A DNA stretch of 63,533 nucleotides, filler included, from Octopus bimaculoides (taxonomy: Eukaryota): the NCBI RefSeq assembly GCF_001194135.2. It is 4 parts of 4 records of this genome, joined end to end, with 100 filler letters (N's around TTAATTAATTAA, not from the genome) between each part and the next. Parts side by side here need not be neighbours in the genome. Positions count along the whole stretch, not along the records: positions 8,628 to 27,341 come from NC_068988.1; positions 27,442 to 53,906 come from NC_068982.1; 2 more parts are not named here. The stretch is one strand, 5' to 3'. Shown here one piece after another: positions 23,766 through 36,879 of the stretch. Each line of letters opens with the position of its first letter. Within the stretch, counting starts at the first letter, position 1. A program made the position numbers and the translations under genes. Below the pieces are notes generated by a model that saw only the letters and a program-made list of their open reading frames with translations, was not told the origin of the DNA and ran no database searches.

Positions 23766-24342
23766 TCACTCCTTTATAATCTCTTAAACTTTAACTTTTA
23801 ATGTTTCTCTTTCGATATTTAAAGCATCAAGTTAATATTCGAAACTCTTACATTTGGAACCGTGGTTGAAAATGTTGTACTCCTCACATTCCACATAGAT
23901 GGTGAATATTTTTCGCTCTTTTGATAAGCTATCGTGGAGGAAATATCTGGTCGATTGTCACGAATCATTTCATTGATATTAATACTCCATTCTCTTTTCT
24001 CTCTCATCTTTTTCTCTACAAATACTTGATCACCCCCTTTAAGGCTATTAAACTTTTATCTCTAACTTTTAATTTTTCTATTTTCATATCTAAAACAAAG
24101 TTATATACGAAATTCTTACATCCGATACTACTAGGTCATCCATCTTATTAAACAAACAGGACAAATGAGAAACAACATGAAAACAGACAACAAACGAAAC
24201 AGTTAAACGTAAAAAATTGTAAGTAAAAGTCACGAAACAAAAGTTAAACATGAATAAAAGAAAAAAGAACATAAAAAAGGAAACAAAATAAAAGCTATAA
24301 ATACAACTTATAAATATAAAGTCATAAATTATAAGAGTTTAA

Positions 24343-24647
24343 CCCATTACCTACCAGTGATCTCATATGAGATCACTTAAAAATTACAAATTTCGTAATT
24401 ATTTGTTAATATTTACACATATCTAAACTTTTTGCTATATCTACTAGGTATATTTCTCTGATATTCAAATGAGGTTTGCTAATTTTTCACCCAATATCTC
24501 GCTTATTTCTATTTAAAATGTTATTTTGAAATGTTGTTTTGAAATGTTATTTTGATCATTCCAGCGTGTTTCTAAGGCTGTTTTATTCTTGAAATCAAAG
24601 TTTCATTAAAAAAAATCCCACTTAATAGAATTATGGGAGGTAATGGG
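24343..24647. mobile_element. piggyBac-type MITE (305 bp)
   Basis: TTAA at 24339-24342 and 24648-24651. TIR CCCATTACCTACC vs CCCATTACCTCCC (12/13). Internal 22-bp palindrome at 24356-24377. Confidence 0.75.
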
Positions 24648-25027
24648 TTAAACTGAGGAAAGATATATAAACAATTTTTTACGAAGACAGAAAAGTCTTT
24701 AAATAAGTATAAAAATAAATACAAATTGATTTCCTCCACAAAATAGGGATAATGGCAGCCCGTCTAAGAAATGTGCCTTTCGAGATAAAATGACTGTAGC
24801 AGTGGGCGTCGCTGGCCATTCTCTGCAGCAACGTCATTGCAGTCATGACCGAAGGGCGCCGCTGAACACGGAATTTGTTCCGGGGGTATACAACCCATTG
24901 CTCTCTCCCCGTCCATCTTCTGCTGCTTAATCCTCACCTTTTCTTTTGTTCTTTTTCTGTGTTTCCTTATAATTAAATTGTCATCCAATCTTTATGTAAA
25001 TAAATACGGGAAACTGAAGAACAACCT

Positions 25028-25059
25028 AGACAGACAGACAGATATATAGATAGATAGAG

Positions 25060-25115
<56 letters not shown>
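25028..25115. repeat. (GACA)n(GATA)n microsatellite
   Basis: Direct inspection. Confidence 0.95.
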
Positions 25116-27341
25116 GAAGAACTAAAATATGAACGAACGACAAAAAATGTCAAACAAAATTTATCTTTGCTGCTTATATTCAAGCCGCTGGCAACTCTCG
25201 AGTTATTTCCCTTTGCTCATTTTGTTCAAATTATGCAATTAACGTCTCCATTGTACCATGCAGACAGGAGGTTTGCATCGTCTGCCTGCCACAGTAGATG
25301 ATGGCTAAATTAACGAGAATAGTCATTCACCGTGCTTGAAGAAAACATGATACATAATAGCCAACACGAAACTGAGACAAACAAAACTGTTAAACCTATA
25401 AACAAACAATAAAAATCTTAATAGAAACTAAACAAAAATATCAGAAAAAAATAAAGAAGAACCAAGATTAATATATAAATAAAAACAGCGAAATAGCTTA
25501 ATTTAAAACAAAAAATGCAAAAACAGAGATAAACATAATACAAAGAAAAAAAGAGATTATGAACAAAAACGTTTAAATATGCATAAAACAATAAGAGAAA
25601 AAAATTAGAGTAATAATGAAATATTAAGGAAAATAATGAGAACAAAAAAATCAAGAACAATAAAGCAGTCAATGGAAGACGAAAATATATTTAAGAAAAT
25701 AGAAAATAAAAGATATTCTATTTAATCGTGCCAATGTATTATGGCAGTATCTTGAATATCTTTAGAAAATTGAAATTAAAACAAAATAATTGTAATCATA
25801 TACCCGAAAATAAAAGTATAAAAAAAAACAGAAAAAATAAAATTTAAGAAAATAGAATTTCAAAACAGAACATGTAATAAAAGGACGTGTAAAGAAATTT
25901 TTAAAAAAGTAACAAAGAGAAAATAATATGGAAACACATAAGAACAATAACAACATCAAAGACAACAGAATGAAAGTTTCTGAATGCATTCATACATACA
26001 CACTTACATACATGCATTCATACATACACACTTACATACATACTTGTATGCATGCATATATGCATACATACGCACATACACACATACATACACATACATG
26101 CAGACATACGTACGCACATTCANNNNNNNNNNNNNNNNNNNNNNNNNNNNNNNNNNNNNNNNNNNNNNNNNNNNNNNNNNNNNNNNNNNNNNNNNNNNNN
26201 NNNNNNNNNNNNNNNNNNNNNNNNNNNNNNNNNNNNNNNNNNNNNNNNNNNNNNNNNNNNNNNNNNNNNNNNNNNNNNNNNNNNNNNNNNNNNNNNNNNN
26301 NNNNNNNNNNNNNNNNNNNNNNNNNNNNNNNNNNNNNNNNNNNNNNNNNNNNNNNNNNNNNNNNNNNNNNNNNNNNNNNNNNNNNNNNNNNNNNNNNNNN
26401 NNNNNNNNNNNNNNNNNNNNNNNNNNNNNNNNNNNNNNNNNNNNNNNNNNNNNNNNNNNNNNNNNNNNNNNNNNNNNNNNNNNNNNNNNNNNNNNNNNNN
26501 NNNNNNNNNNNNNNNNNNNNNNNNNNNNNNNNNNNNNNNNNNNNNNNNNNTATATATATATATATATATATATATAAATACATATATACATATATATATA
26601 TACATGCACATAGAGATGTTTATACGTAAATATATATGCATATAACTTGCATATATATACAAATATATACATACATTCATATTCATGCATATATGCACAT
26701 ATCTTATTTAAACAAGAAATAGCAAATATTCATTATAATTTTCATTGATAAGTTTTTTCCCTCATTAAATTGCTTATAAAAAATATTTCCTTCCAAATAG
26801 ATTGCAAATTTATTGACACACAGACACAAATAATGAATAAGACCGCTGTAAATAAAATTCAAAAAATATACACGCAAAAATACTAAAGAACAAACAAAAT
26901 AAAAGTAAAAAGTAAATGTTTAGGTAACAACGCCAACACCTTCACCAGCAACAACGACAATAACAAGTAAAGCAACAACAAAAACACCAACAAAAACAAC
27001 ATTGTTAGCAAGAAGAACGTTCACAAAACATGTATCGATCAAAACAGGAATAATTGATATTAGCTCTCTGTAATAACATGTTAATGAATGGTTTAATTGG
27101 ACAGAAACAAANNNNNNNNNNCATACACATACATGCAGACATACGTACGCACATTCATACCTACATACATAAACACACCTATTCATATATATGTAGATAC
27201 ATATGCATTTATACAAGTATATATATTTATATACGTATATATATATATATGAATGTATATATGTATGTATGTATATATATATATATATAATATACGTATA
27301 TGTATATATACATGTATATATATATACACATACATATATAT

Positions 27342-27441
27342 NNNNNNNNNNNNNNNNNNNNNNNNNNNNNNNNNNNNNNNNNNNNTTAATTAATTAANNN
27401 NNNNNNNNNNNNNNNNNNNNNNNNNNNNNNNNNNNNNNNNN
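27342..27441. other. Artificial 100-bp scaffold spacer: 44 N + TTAATTAATTAA + 44 N
   Basis: Identical to the spacer at 8528-8627. Confidence 0.9.
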
Positions 27442-28073
27442 ATATATATATATATATACGTGTGTATGACTGTGCGCTTGCGAGTTTTGTTTGATAGACA
27501 TTACGTAACGAATCCATCGTCTTGTTATTAAGAGCTCATTTCAAATAACTGTTGATATATGATTAAAAAATTAACTAGATTTTTGTGTTGCACGTTCTTT
27601 GGATAATGAAATTGAATCATGTCTGTGTGTGCATGAGCATAAGAACAAATATAGGTATGATATATTCTTACTCAAACGTATATTTATTTAAACGTATATA
27701 CACACACATCATGTAAGCTTACACTCTATATTTGGTTCTCATGTAAGGTGAATATATTTATAGCAACCTGTTGAATTGCACCTTATACGTTATAGATGGT
27801 GTGTAAAACACACGTAAATTACCGTCTGATACTTGATATACTTTTACAAAATTGGTGAGAGTCTTTAGATTTGACGGATATAATTTTAGTATTTTCTGAG
27901 CGTGAAATTAGCGATAGATTTTTATGCTTGAACAAAATGCGCGTGTATTTGTGTGTGCGTGTGTGTGTGTGCGTCTGCACGTGTGTTTATGTGGTGCGTG
28001 TGTTTGTATGTGTAGATACATAGACTCACGAATCCCTCACACGTACGTACACACACAGACATACACACACACA

Positions 28074-28114
<41 letters not shown>

Positions 28115-28302
28115 TATTGATAAATATATGACTGACGTATGAATGACTGAGTATGAACTTTAAAAGAGAATCATTTTTATAATATGCTTATACAAACTTT
28201 GGATTATATACATACTCTGTTGACGATATATACAAGAAAAGGAAGAGTAGCTTATTTAATTATCTAGCAAATCTCAGCGAATAGTGTTATTCATTAATAA
28301 TA

Positions 28303-28530
28303 TTGGGTTGGTGTATAATTATTGTGGCGTTTTTTTTCAACAAATTGTATTCAGCAAAAACATCTTTAAATGACAGTCTGTCCGTATGACAAGCAAATGG
28401 GAAGCAGTGATTGAAGCAGATGGGGAATATACTCCGGAATAATCATCTAAAGATGTTTTTGTTACATGTTGAATACAATTGTTGAATAAAATTTGTTGAA
28501 AAAAAGCTGCAATAATGATGTACGAACCGA
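28303..28530. mobile_element. mariner-derived MITE with long degenerate TIRs
   Basis: Left end TA|TTGGGTTGGTGTATAATTATTGTGGCG...CAACAAATTGTATTCAGCAAAAACATCTTTA is mirrored by TAAAGATGTTTTTG...TGAATA...AATTTGTTGAAAAAAGCTGCAATAATGATGTACGAACC. Confidence 0.65.
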
Positions 28531-29091
28531 AGAGAATTAAAGAGCATATAAGAAACTTTATTATAGATAATAGAATACAGGCAGTATGGACTAATGTCAA
28601 AAAGATTGCCTTGCAGTAATTTGGTCAAAGGTGACCAAATTCTTATGAATGAAATTAGTACACGGAAACATTATAGAAACCCGCTGGACATATTTTACTT
28701 GTAAGACAAAGGCCAAACGTATTTACGAAATCTTTAATTCTGATTATAGTTTACACAATGTGTGTATGTACATTGAAATACTCAGCTTCTTACATAATAA
28801 GCACGAGTCACAGTTAATCCACGATCATATCCAAGTAAAATATGTCTGTTTAACATGTGTACTTCCCACTAAAAGAAGTCTATGAAAATATATACTCACT
28901 GACAGAAACAAATACACATAAACACACACACACACTCATGACAGGAAAACTTTCAATAATTTCCCCCCATGTACGTTTCCCTGATGTGTTTGATTAGAAC
29001 CTCTGCATTGGATGTTTCAAGTACAATTGGATGCTAAGCTACAGCAAATACACTTGGGGACATTGTTATTGCATTATATTACAGCGATTAA

Positions 29092-29519
29092 GGCGGTGAG
29101 CAGGCAGAAACGTTAGCACACCGGCCGAAATGCTTAGCGGTATTTCGTACGCCGTTACGTTCTGAGTTCAAATTCTGTCGAGGTCGACTTTACTTCTCAT
29201 CCTTTCGAGTTCGATAAATTAAGGGCCAATTACGCACAGGGGTCGTTGTAATCGACTTAATCCTTTTGTCTGTCTTTGTTTGTCCCCTCTATGTTTAGCC
29301 CCTTGTGAGAAATAAAGAAATAAGAAACGTTAGCACGTCGGGCGAAATTCCTAGAAGTATTTCGTCTGTCTTTAGGTTCTGAGTTGAAATTGTGCCGAGG
29401 TCGACTTTGCCTTTCATCTTTCAGGGTCGATAAATTAAATATCAGTTGCGTACTGGGCTCGATCTAATGGACTGGTCCCCTCCTTAAAAATTTCGGGCTT
29501 TGTACCTGGAGTAGAAAAA
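29092..29519 (+). mobile_element. SINE family 1 dimer (tail A + truncated tail-B copy) bounded by a 19-bp TSD
   Basis: ATTATATTACAGCGATTAA at 29073-29091 and ATTATGTTACAGAGATTAA at 29520-29538. Confidence 0.9.
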
Positions 29520-29538
29520 ATTATGTTACAGAGATTAA

Positions 29539-29750
29539 GACGGTGAGCTGGCAGAATCGCTCGCACGCCCAGCTAAACGCTTAGCGGTATTTCGTCTGTA
29601 TTTACGTTCTGAGTTCAAATTCCGCCAAGGTCGACTTTGCTTTTCATCCTTTCGGGGTCGATAAATTAAATAACATTTGCGTACTTGTGTTGATTTAATC
29701 GACTAGCTAACTCCCCCGAAATTTCGGGCTTTCGGCCTTGAGTAGAAAAG
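29539..29750 (+). mobile_element. SINE family 1 monomer, tail B, bounded by the same TSD
   Basis: Third TSD copy ATTATATTACAGAGATTAA at 29751-29769. Confidence 0.9.
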
Positions 29751-31676
29751 ATTATATTACAGAGATTAAACAAATCAGACTGGAAGATTGTGATCTTTGA
29801 AATCATACTCACGTCTAATCAGTAAGTATCGTGATGTCAAGTGATTTCCTTCCCTACGTCGTCAGATTGAAAACAAAATATATCAGACTGCAGCTAGCAT
29901 GCAGAGGCGTCATATATATTTTGATAAGACGTATAACTTGCTTGCGGATAAAGCAAGCACGGTACGACTAATTGGATTGGAAAGATGATGTGATTGTTCG
30001 CTTACAGGTATCATTAGTCCTTCCATTATCTGGATTAATGAAGCGCGTATTTGAAGAGAGCTCGCTTGATACACACAGCAAATAGCCGTTCTGGAAAGAA
30101 GGCCTATCTAAATATAAAATATCATCTGATATCGATGTCCACATCTGCTGTCAGGGTAACGTTTAGGTTTCAAAGCATTGTATAATACCAAAAGCTTTCG
30201 TAAGACCACTGCTAATTTGTCATTACACTGTTAAGAGAAATTACTGAGGCAAATATATCGGAAACTCCTCTAGAATTGCCTTCAAATTATATTACAAAAA
30301 TATACAGAAATATAATACTGTCAATATTGATTCACACAGAGAATCCTGTATCTAAATACACATAATATATATATAAGCAGTTAATCATACTCAATGTGCA
30401 AGGTAGCAGGGCGTGCATTAATAAATCTTTGTGGCATATAATGGAATAATTGCCATATTAAATGAAACTATCATGAGCATCCATATATAAATACCTTAGC
30501 TAAAATTGTGAGCTGTAAAAGGATCTCGAATTTAATGAAATAGTAAAACTATTTAGTACAGTGTGGGTGTACTTCTGTATTACAATAGATCCTTGAATTC
30601 TGAGACATTTACCCTTTACATTTCGGAATTTCGAGGCCAATATATCTCTGGCCAGAAAGATAATGTTTGAAAACTGCTGGAATTTTTCTTCGAAGCACAA
30701 TACAATTTGAGATGGTGAGTATCCAGAATATAACCAAAGGATTTCAGGGTCTCTGTCATTTGTGACATGTACGAAATGAAATTTTGAAATACGACCGTGT
30801 GGAATTTGTAACGAACAGTTGTTCATTATCAAGTACATATGTGAGGAAGATATGGACGAAATGAACTTCCGATCTGAACCCGGAATCCCTGCAGGTTGTA
30901 GATAACCCAAGAACTAAGATAGGATTGTTCGGTAAAAATTAAAATCAAGCAAACAAAATGTTTTCAATTGCAAAATATTCTTTTTTAATATATATATGAA
31001 TATATTTACGAGAGTAAATATTAGACTGAATGAACCGGTGATGCCTCTATCCACAGACATGGGTGGTAGAGACATTGCTTCCGATGAGTGAAACCGATAA
31101 CACCTCTCAAATAATTCTAAGGCACATACCAAGACAATTTCAAAGCTAGTCTATTTTATTCGTGTCGAGAGTATTAAGATAATTTGCTGGATCTGCGTAA
31201 ACGCGGTTATAAGTAATAAGATAAAATTCAATGCATGGCATAACAGAGAAAGTGCGTGCTCTCGGACTAGATGGTGGTTCTCCTTTGCATTTTGAGTATT
31301 TGACAAAGGTGTTGGGTAGAAAGCGGTGTAGCGAACAATATAGAATTTAATTTCTACCTTGCGGATTCTGTGCAAACATAACCCATGTGAATTTCAGCAG
31401 AAAAGCATTAACTGACAGACACTGATTGTTTATCGAAGTATATACTCTGTAACAAATATCTCAAGTATTTCAAACGTAAGTTATTCACTTACTATACTGT
31501 GCAAAACTAGTGCAACAGTCAGCAAAAGTAGGATAAGTATAGGCGGGTGATTGAAGAATTGTATATGAATTTAGCCAGTGAAGTTAATGAAATAAAATGG
31601 TAACAAACACGTTTCTCAATGTTTTCGGCGGAAAGAAACACATTATAGATAATGTGACCGATGCTGCACACGATTG

Positions 31677-31900
31677 GATGACGAGCTGGCAGAAGCGTTA
31701 GCACGACGCGCGAAATGGTTGGCGGTATTTCGTCCGTCTTTACGTTCTGAGATGAAATTCCAGCGAGGTCAACTTGCCTTTCATTCTTTCGGGGGTCGAT
31801 AAATTAAGTACCAGTTGCGCACTGGTTCGATCTAATCGACTGCCCCCCCCCAAAAAAAATAAAAAATAAATTGGCCCTTGTGCCTAGAGTAGAAAAGAAT
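31677..31900 (+). mobile_element. SINE family 1, tail B
   Basis: Head, body and CCTTGTGCCTAGAGTAGAAAAG. Confidence 0.88.
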
Positions 31901-31971
31901 ACCACCAACATAGGCATTCCCGTGAAAAAACAATGCTGGACATTAATATTCTTATTATCATCATTACTACT

Positions 31972-32182
31972 AAGGCGGCGAGACGGCACAATCGGTAGAA
32001 CGCCGGGCGAAATGCTTAGTAGTATTTTGTCTTCGACTACGTTCTGTGTTCAATTTCCGATGAGGTCGTCTTTGCTTTTCATCCTTTTGGAGTCGATGAA
32101 TTAAGTACTAGTTGCGTACTGGAATCGATGTGATCGACTGTCCCCTGCCCCAAGATTTTTTGCTTTTAATAGTAGAAAGGGT
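31972..32182 (+). mobile_element. SINE family 1, tail B
   Basis: AAGGCGGCGAG head; ends AGTAGAAAGGG. Confidence 0.85.
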
Positions 32183-32199
32183 TGTTATTATTATAGTTA

Positions 32200-33275
32200 T
32201 CTTTACGATTGTTATTTTAATTCTTTAAAAGCAAGTTTGCCGAAACTCTTGGAGTGTTGCATGAGTTGCAGACTTGCTACTAACAGCCTATACTGTGTCC
32301 TTCTCTGCTATATAATACTTTGCTGATTATTTTGGCCTTCACTCTCCACATTGAGTAACAAGCTTCTCAAACAGTGTTGCAATTCAACTGTTCATGCTTT
32401 ATTTCTGTTATGCTTATCCTATTTGTCCTGCATGAACATTTTTATCATCGTTTTACCATGTCATTTCATAATTTCGTTTTGGCTTGGATTTTAGCTACAT
32501 TGCAGGTTTTGCCGCTTTTAGCTGTTCTTAACTGTTAGATATTATGACGTTTGCTTTGTATTTTTTCGGCATTCTTGAAGTAGATTTTGTTTTACTCACA
32601 CATTTAGCTATCTGTATCAGTTTTCCTTGTATATAAACCAAATATTTCTATAGTCGAACAGTGCGTAATAGGTAGTGTTTTTTAGTTGCATTAAGCCTTT
32701 CCCACTTTATATTTGCTGTATAAATAAACTTTCGTATGTCAGATTTTGGGTACTGCATTCTAAATTCAATCATTTCTTTCTTTTTTTTTTGTTCTGTCTA
32801 GTTTTGTTTATTTGGTGTCCAGTTCACTACATTATATTTGTAACTCATAACTAGGAGAGCTACAGTTTTTTGATGTCAATTATCTTATTTCTCGTTTTAA
32901 CTCTGTTTTCGGTATTAACCTAATTCATCTCTAATATTTCTTCCGTATTTTTATTTCATTAGCGCGTGCTGATCACTATCTACTTGATTGATTCGCAGGT
33001 ATTCTTATGTCAGAGTTTAGTCTAGCTATATATATTTCTTTCAGTTTCTTTATCTATCATAATATGATACTGACGTTCCTAAATAGCTTTCCCCTCTTCA
33101 ACGTTGCTTAGGCACATTGTTTTAAGGAGAATCTGATATTGATTCTCTTTTGATAAGCCCGTGTAGTGTCTGTAGAAATGTTTCCAGTTGTTTACCATTT
33201 ACAGCATACAATTTGAGATTATTCAAGTACAAGAGTTACCACAGTAGCCGTTCTATCCACATCCGGTTCTTTTAA
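32200..33275 (-). mobile_element. Degenerate R4/Dong-like LINE, RT to thumb region
   Basis: Frameshifted remnants on the minus strand, in the expected order: KQLETFLQTLHG, a YKYLG-like segment, YSYNIVNWTP-like, RMQYPKSDI and GGRGL-like GKGLMQL. Many stops. Confidence 0.6.
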
Positions 33276-33654
33276 GGATGCCTGTTAATGGTGTCAAAGC
33301 TAGACGGAAAAGGAGTGCAGAAAATGAGTATGTTGAAACATTCCCTTTTCGCCCTCAAACAGCAGATGACGTAAATAGTTCTTTCATTAGAGAACAACAG
33401 ATATATCAATTGATCCTTCAAAGATTTTACATAGAAACGACCAACATCAAAGAAAAGCGAATATTTTAAGGCACTATTCGGTCATGGATTTTAAACATTC
33501 TATTGATAGAGACTACCAATTAATATAACTTTTGTAATTATTTACAGTAAAAATACGTGTCACTTTTTGAAGTGTTGTCTATCTATATTTGATATAATTG
33601 GTTCTTAGTACTTGCACTTGTGCAGCACAGATTATAGCCTCCGTTTCCGGTTAT

Positions 33655-34072
33655 AATTATTATTATGGTTCAGTAATTTTATTTGTATAACGTGCTTTCA
33701 CTGCTGTAGTTTGCTGTGATGCTCTTATGGTTACTGTATTAAAAGTGTTTTGCGTAGGATGTGTGCTGTGCCCAGTAGTGCAATTTTCTGTATGTTATAT
33801 ATATTTGTAAGTCCTGGTGTTTCTGTTATGTATTTGTCTGAATATCTTTTTATTATACCTAAGGCACCTACTATGATAGAAATTGTTTCTGTTTTTAGAT
33901 TCCACATTCGAGTTACCTCTATTTCCAGTTTCTCCATTTCTTTTAAAGAAAAGTTGTCATCTGCTGGTATTGATACATCAATTAGGAAGCATTTTTTCTT
34001 AATTATCTCTCGCAACTATATTTGGCCTATTGACCTTAATTTCTCTATCTGTGTGTATTGGCATGTCCCAGA
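33655..34072 (-). mobile_element. R4/Dong-like LINE 3' end, 5'-truncated, (TAA)n tail
   Basis: LWDMPIHTDREIKVNRPNIV...CFLIDVSIPADDNFSLKEMEKL...IIVGALG...KIALLGTAHILRKTL (PD..D..K RLE signature). Confidence 0.85.
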
Positions 34073-34074
34073 GT

Positions 34075-34400
34075 ATTATTATTATTATTTTTTCTTTTTA
34101 CGTGCTTTCACTGCACTACCGAATGTAGCTCTATGTGCCTTGTGTATATGCTGTTGTTTGTTGTTCTGTTCCTAGATTCACTGTATTGAAAACGCTTTAC
34201 GTAGGTTGTGCGTGGTGCCCTGTAAGGCTATGTTGTGTATGTTATATACATTCGTAAGCCCTGGTGTTTTGATTATGTATTTGTCTGAATGTTATAGGGG
34301 AATATCTCTGTTTATAAGCTCCACATTAAGGTTATCGCTATTTACAGATCTTCGTATTTTCAGTGCTTCTCCATTTCGTTTATAGAGATACGTTGTTATC
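34075..34400 (-). mobile_element. Second, more diverged R4/Dong-like 3' end in head-to-tail tandem
   Basis: 34181-34292 parallels 33735-33843. Its (TAA)n tail abuts the 5' end of the neighbouring copy. Confidence 0.8.
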
Positions 34401-34417
34401 TGTTGATATTGATCCAT

Positions 34418-34435
34418 CTATTATTATTATTATTA

Positions 34436-34477
<42 letters not shown>

Positions 34478-34479
34478 CC

Positions 34480-34513
<34 letters not shown>

Positions 34514-34544
34514 TAATCATCATCATCATCGTCATCATCATCAT

Positions 34545-34606
<62 letters not shown>

Positions 34607-34625
34607 CCTTCATCTTTATTATTAT
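34418..34625. repeat. Compound (ATT)n(ACC)n(ATC)n microsatellite
   Basis: Direct inspection. Confidence 0.95.
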
Positions 34626-35329
34626 TTACAATACGTTAAAGTATCGTAATATCAACGGAGAAAGAAGGAATAAAGCAAATTATATATTCTGTACAACGAT
34701 ATAATGGGATATCTACAGAGATTAACGTTATATGTGGTGTAATTCAGATTTTTTATGCATTATTTATTCATCTACTGATATAGTGTTACAATCAAAAAGA
34801 AATTAATTGTGTTTTCTTTCCTTTTTTATCATATGTGGTTATCCTTGCTTACCAAACATAAAACAGAAATTCCTGGAAATTAATTATAAATGATATTTTA
34901 CGAGTTTATCTACAAAACATATATGTTGCCAATTCGGCTTATTTCGTTTTACATTTTAAGGACAGAGGTTACAAACTAAAATTAAAGACTTACGTCTATA
35001 GCAGCGTGGGTTTTATGTTTTGTCTCATAAAGTAGATTGTGTCAAACAGCCATAAAAAAGAGACTCAGCTACCTGCTGATACTTAAATATTCTTTTGCCT
35101 AAAATAGAAGTGCTAATGTAAGTTGAAACAAATGTTTTGATGACGTATGTTTATATCATAATATTGATAATTTTATCATCTGCAAAACAAGATGGTTTTA
35201 ATATAAGTGTAAATATATGTGCGTTTCTATGCGTGTGTCTATGTGCGTGTGTGTGTGAATGCGTTCGTGTGTGCGTGTGAGTGTATTTGTGTGTGAGTGA
35301 ATTTGTCTGTATGTTCGTGTGCCTGTGTA

Positions 35330-35775
35330 TGGAGTGGTTGAAACAAAGTGTTTTTCGAACCTTGTCCTGGAAGATTTCGTATGGAGAACATCTACTAATT
35401 TGCAAATGGACACTCGTCGGTTCACTAGAACCAAATCTCGCAGTGTTCGGGGCTGGTCGGCCTTTTGCACTCCCTCCTGGTACTTCACGACTGTCTCACC
35501 AATTTAAAATATTCAATCTCTTCGTTCATACACCTAGGTGGTATGCCAATGGTGTATTGAAACCCTGCAATGTCTATCAGACTCTTATAACCAATCAGTG
35601 AAAGAGATGGGGGCTACTGATCTCTATACCACCTTGGTGCACAGAGTAAACGGAGCGTCCATGTTGACTCTCTAACACAAGAAACAAAAATGTCACGATC
35701 GAAATGAAACCTCGTTTCCTTAAATAGACGAGTTCCCCATCAGTATGCGGGTCCTGAATTCTAATTATATATTCA
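35330..35775 (-). mobile_element. mariner transposase 5' remnant
   Basis: MDAPFTLCTKVV*RSV resembles the mariner N-terminal M.APL..CTK.EQRSVI. LRDLVLVNRRVSICKL resembles HTH-region V..LI..DRR.T..EIA. Confidence 0.6.
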
Positions 35776-35816
35776 TACATACGTAAATGCATACATATAT
35801 TTATATATACATGCAA

Positions 35817-35889
<73 letters not shown>

Positions 35890-35935
35890 NNNNNNNNNNN
35901 NNNNNNNNNNNNNNNNNNNNNNNNNNNNNNNNNNN

Positions 35936-36019
<84 letters not shown>

Positions 36020-36879
36020 GAGGATAATATTGTTCAAAATGATATTAGTGGTTTAGGATGCGTAAACAAAATCTGATGAGGGTAAAAATGATCGGTTAAT
36101 AATTAAAGGTGTTAATAGGCAGCAGCGACCTGATAGCATGGCCATGAAAAATGACCAAACCACAAGTTTTCACTTAAACACAGAGGTGAAATCGGGCAAA
36201 TAAACAAAAACCCTAAGACACCCGAACTAACGACGAAAATAATCGAAATTTGAAAACGTCAGTCATAGCATGTGTGTGTCTTGGTGTGTCAACGTGTCTG
36301 TGAGTGTTTGCAATGCTGACACAAATAGTGTAATCTTCGAGGTTCGAAATTCCGTTGCTTCAATAAACATGTATTTCTGCCTGTCCATTGAACGTTGTAT
36401 TTTTATACCTTCCACAATTTCCCTCGTTTCAAACACAATGAATTAAACACGTACACGCGTGACAGCACACACACACACACACGCATACACACATACACAT
36501 ACACACACACTAAACACACTCAACTATACATACACACCCACACAAGGAAATTTGCAGATGAAGCGGATGTCGTTTTGATAAAAATCTTCGTAGTATTTCC
36601 AGTTTCAGTAAGCTGTTTCTATTCATTAGTTTCACAACAATTATCTTCTTACGTATCTCGCACAATAACTGCATATTATCCAAAACATAATTAAAATGCT
36701 AATAGAAATTTTAGTTTTAAATGCCTTTGCTTTATAAAAGAACTTTGGCGAAATGTTTATCATAGAATTACACAAGTTTGAAAAGTTGTGTCTAGTTTTA
36801 GACGGTGAGAATCATAATTTCATGCATATTTACTTCAGTGCTCTTATTATATTTCACTAACTTTTCTAACGGGGGCGTC

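Noticed and set aside
26087-27157. Exact 36-bp repeat CATACACATACATGCAGACATACGTACGCACATTCA (26087-26122 / 27122-27157)
   Set aside because: Both copies abut N gaps in low-complexity DNA; probably an assembly duplication.
30500-31375. Three adjacent minus-strand ORFs (136, 72 and 74 aa) as a gene or endogenous viral element
   Set aside because: No recognisable motif, alternative start codons and no consistent splice or frame logic; unsupported without a database search.
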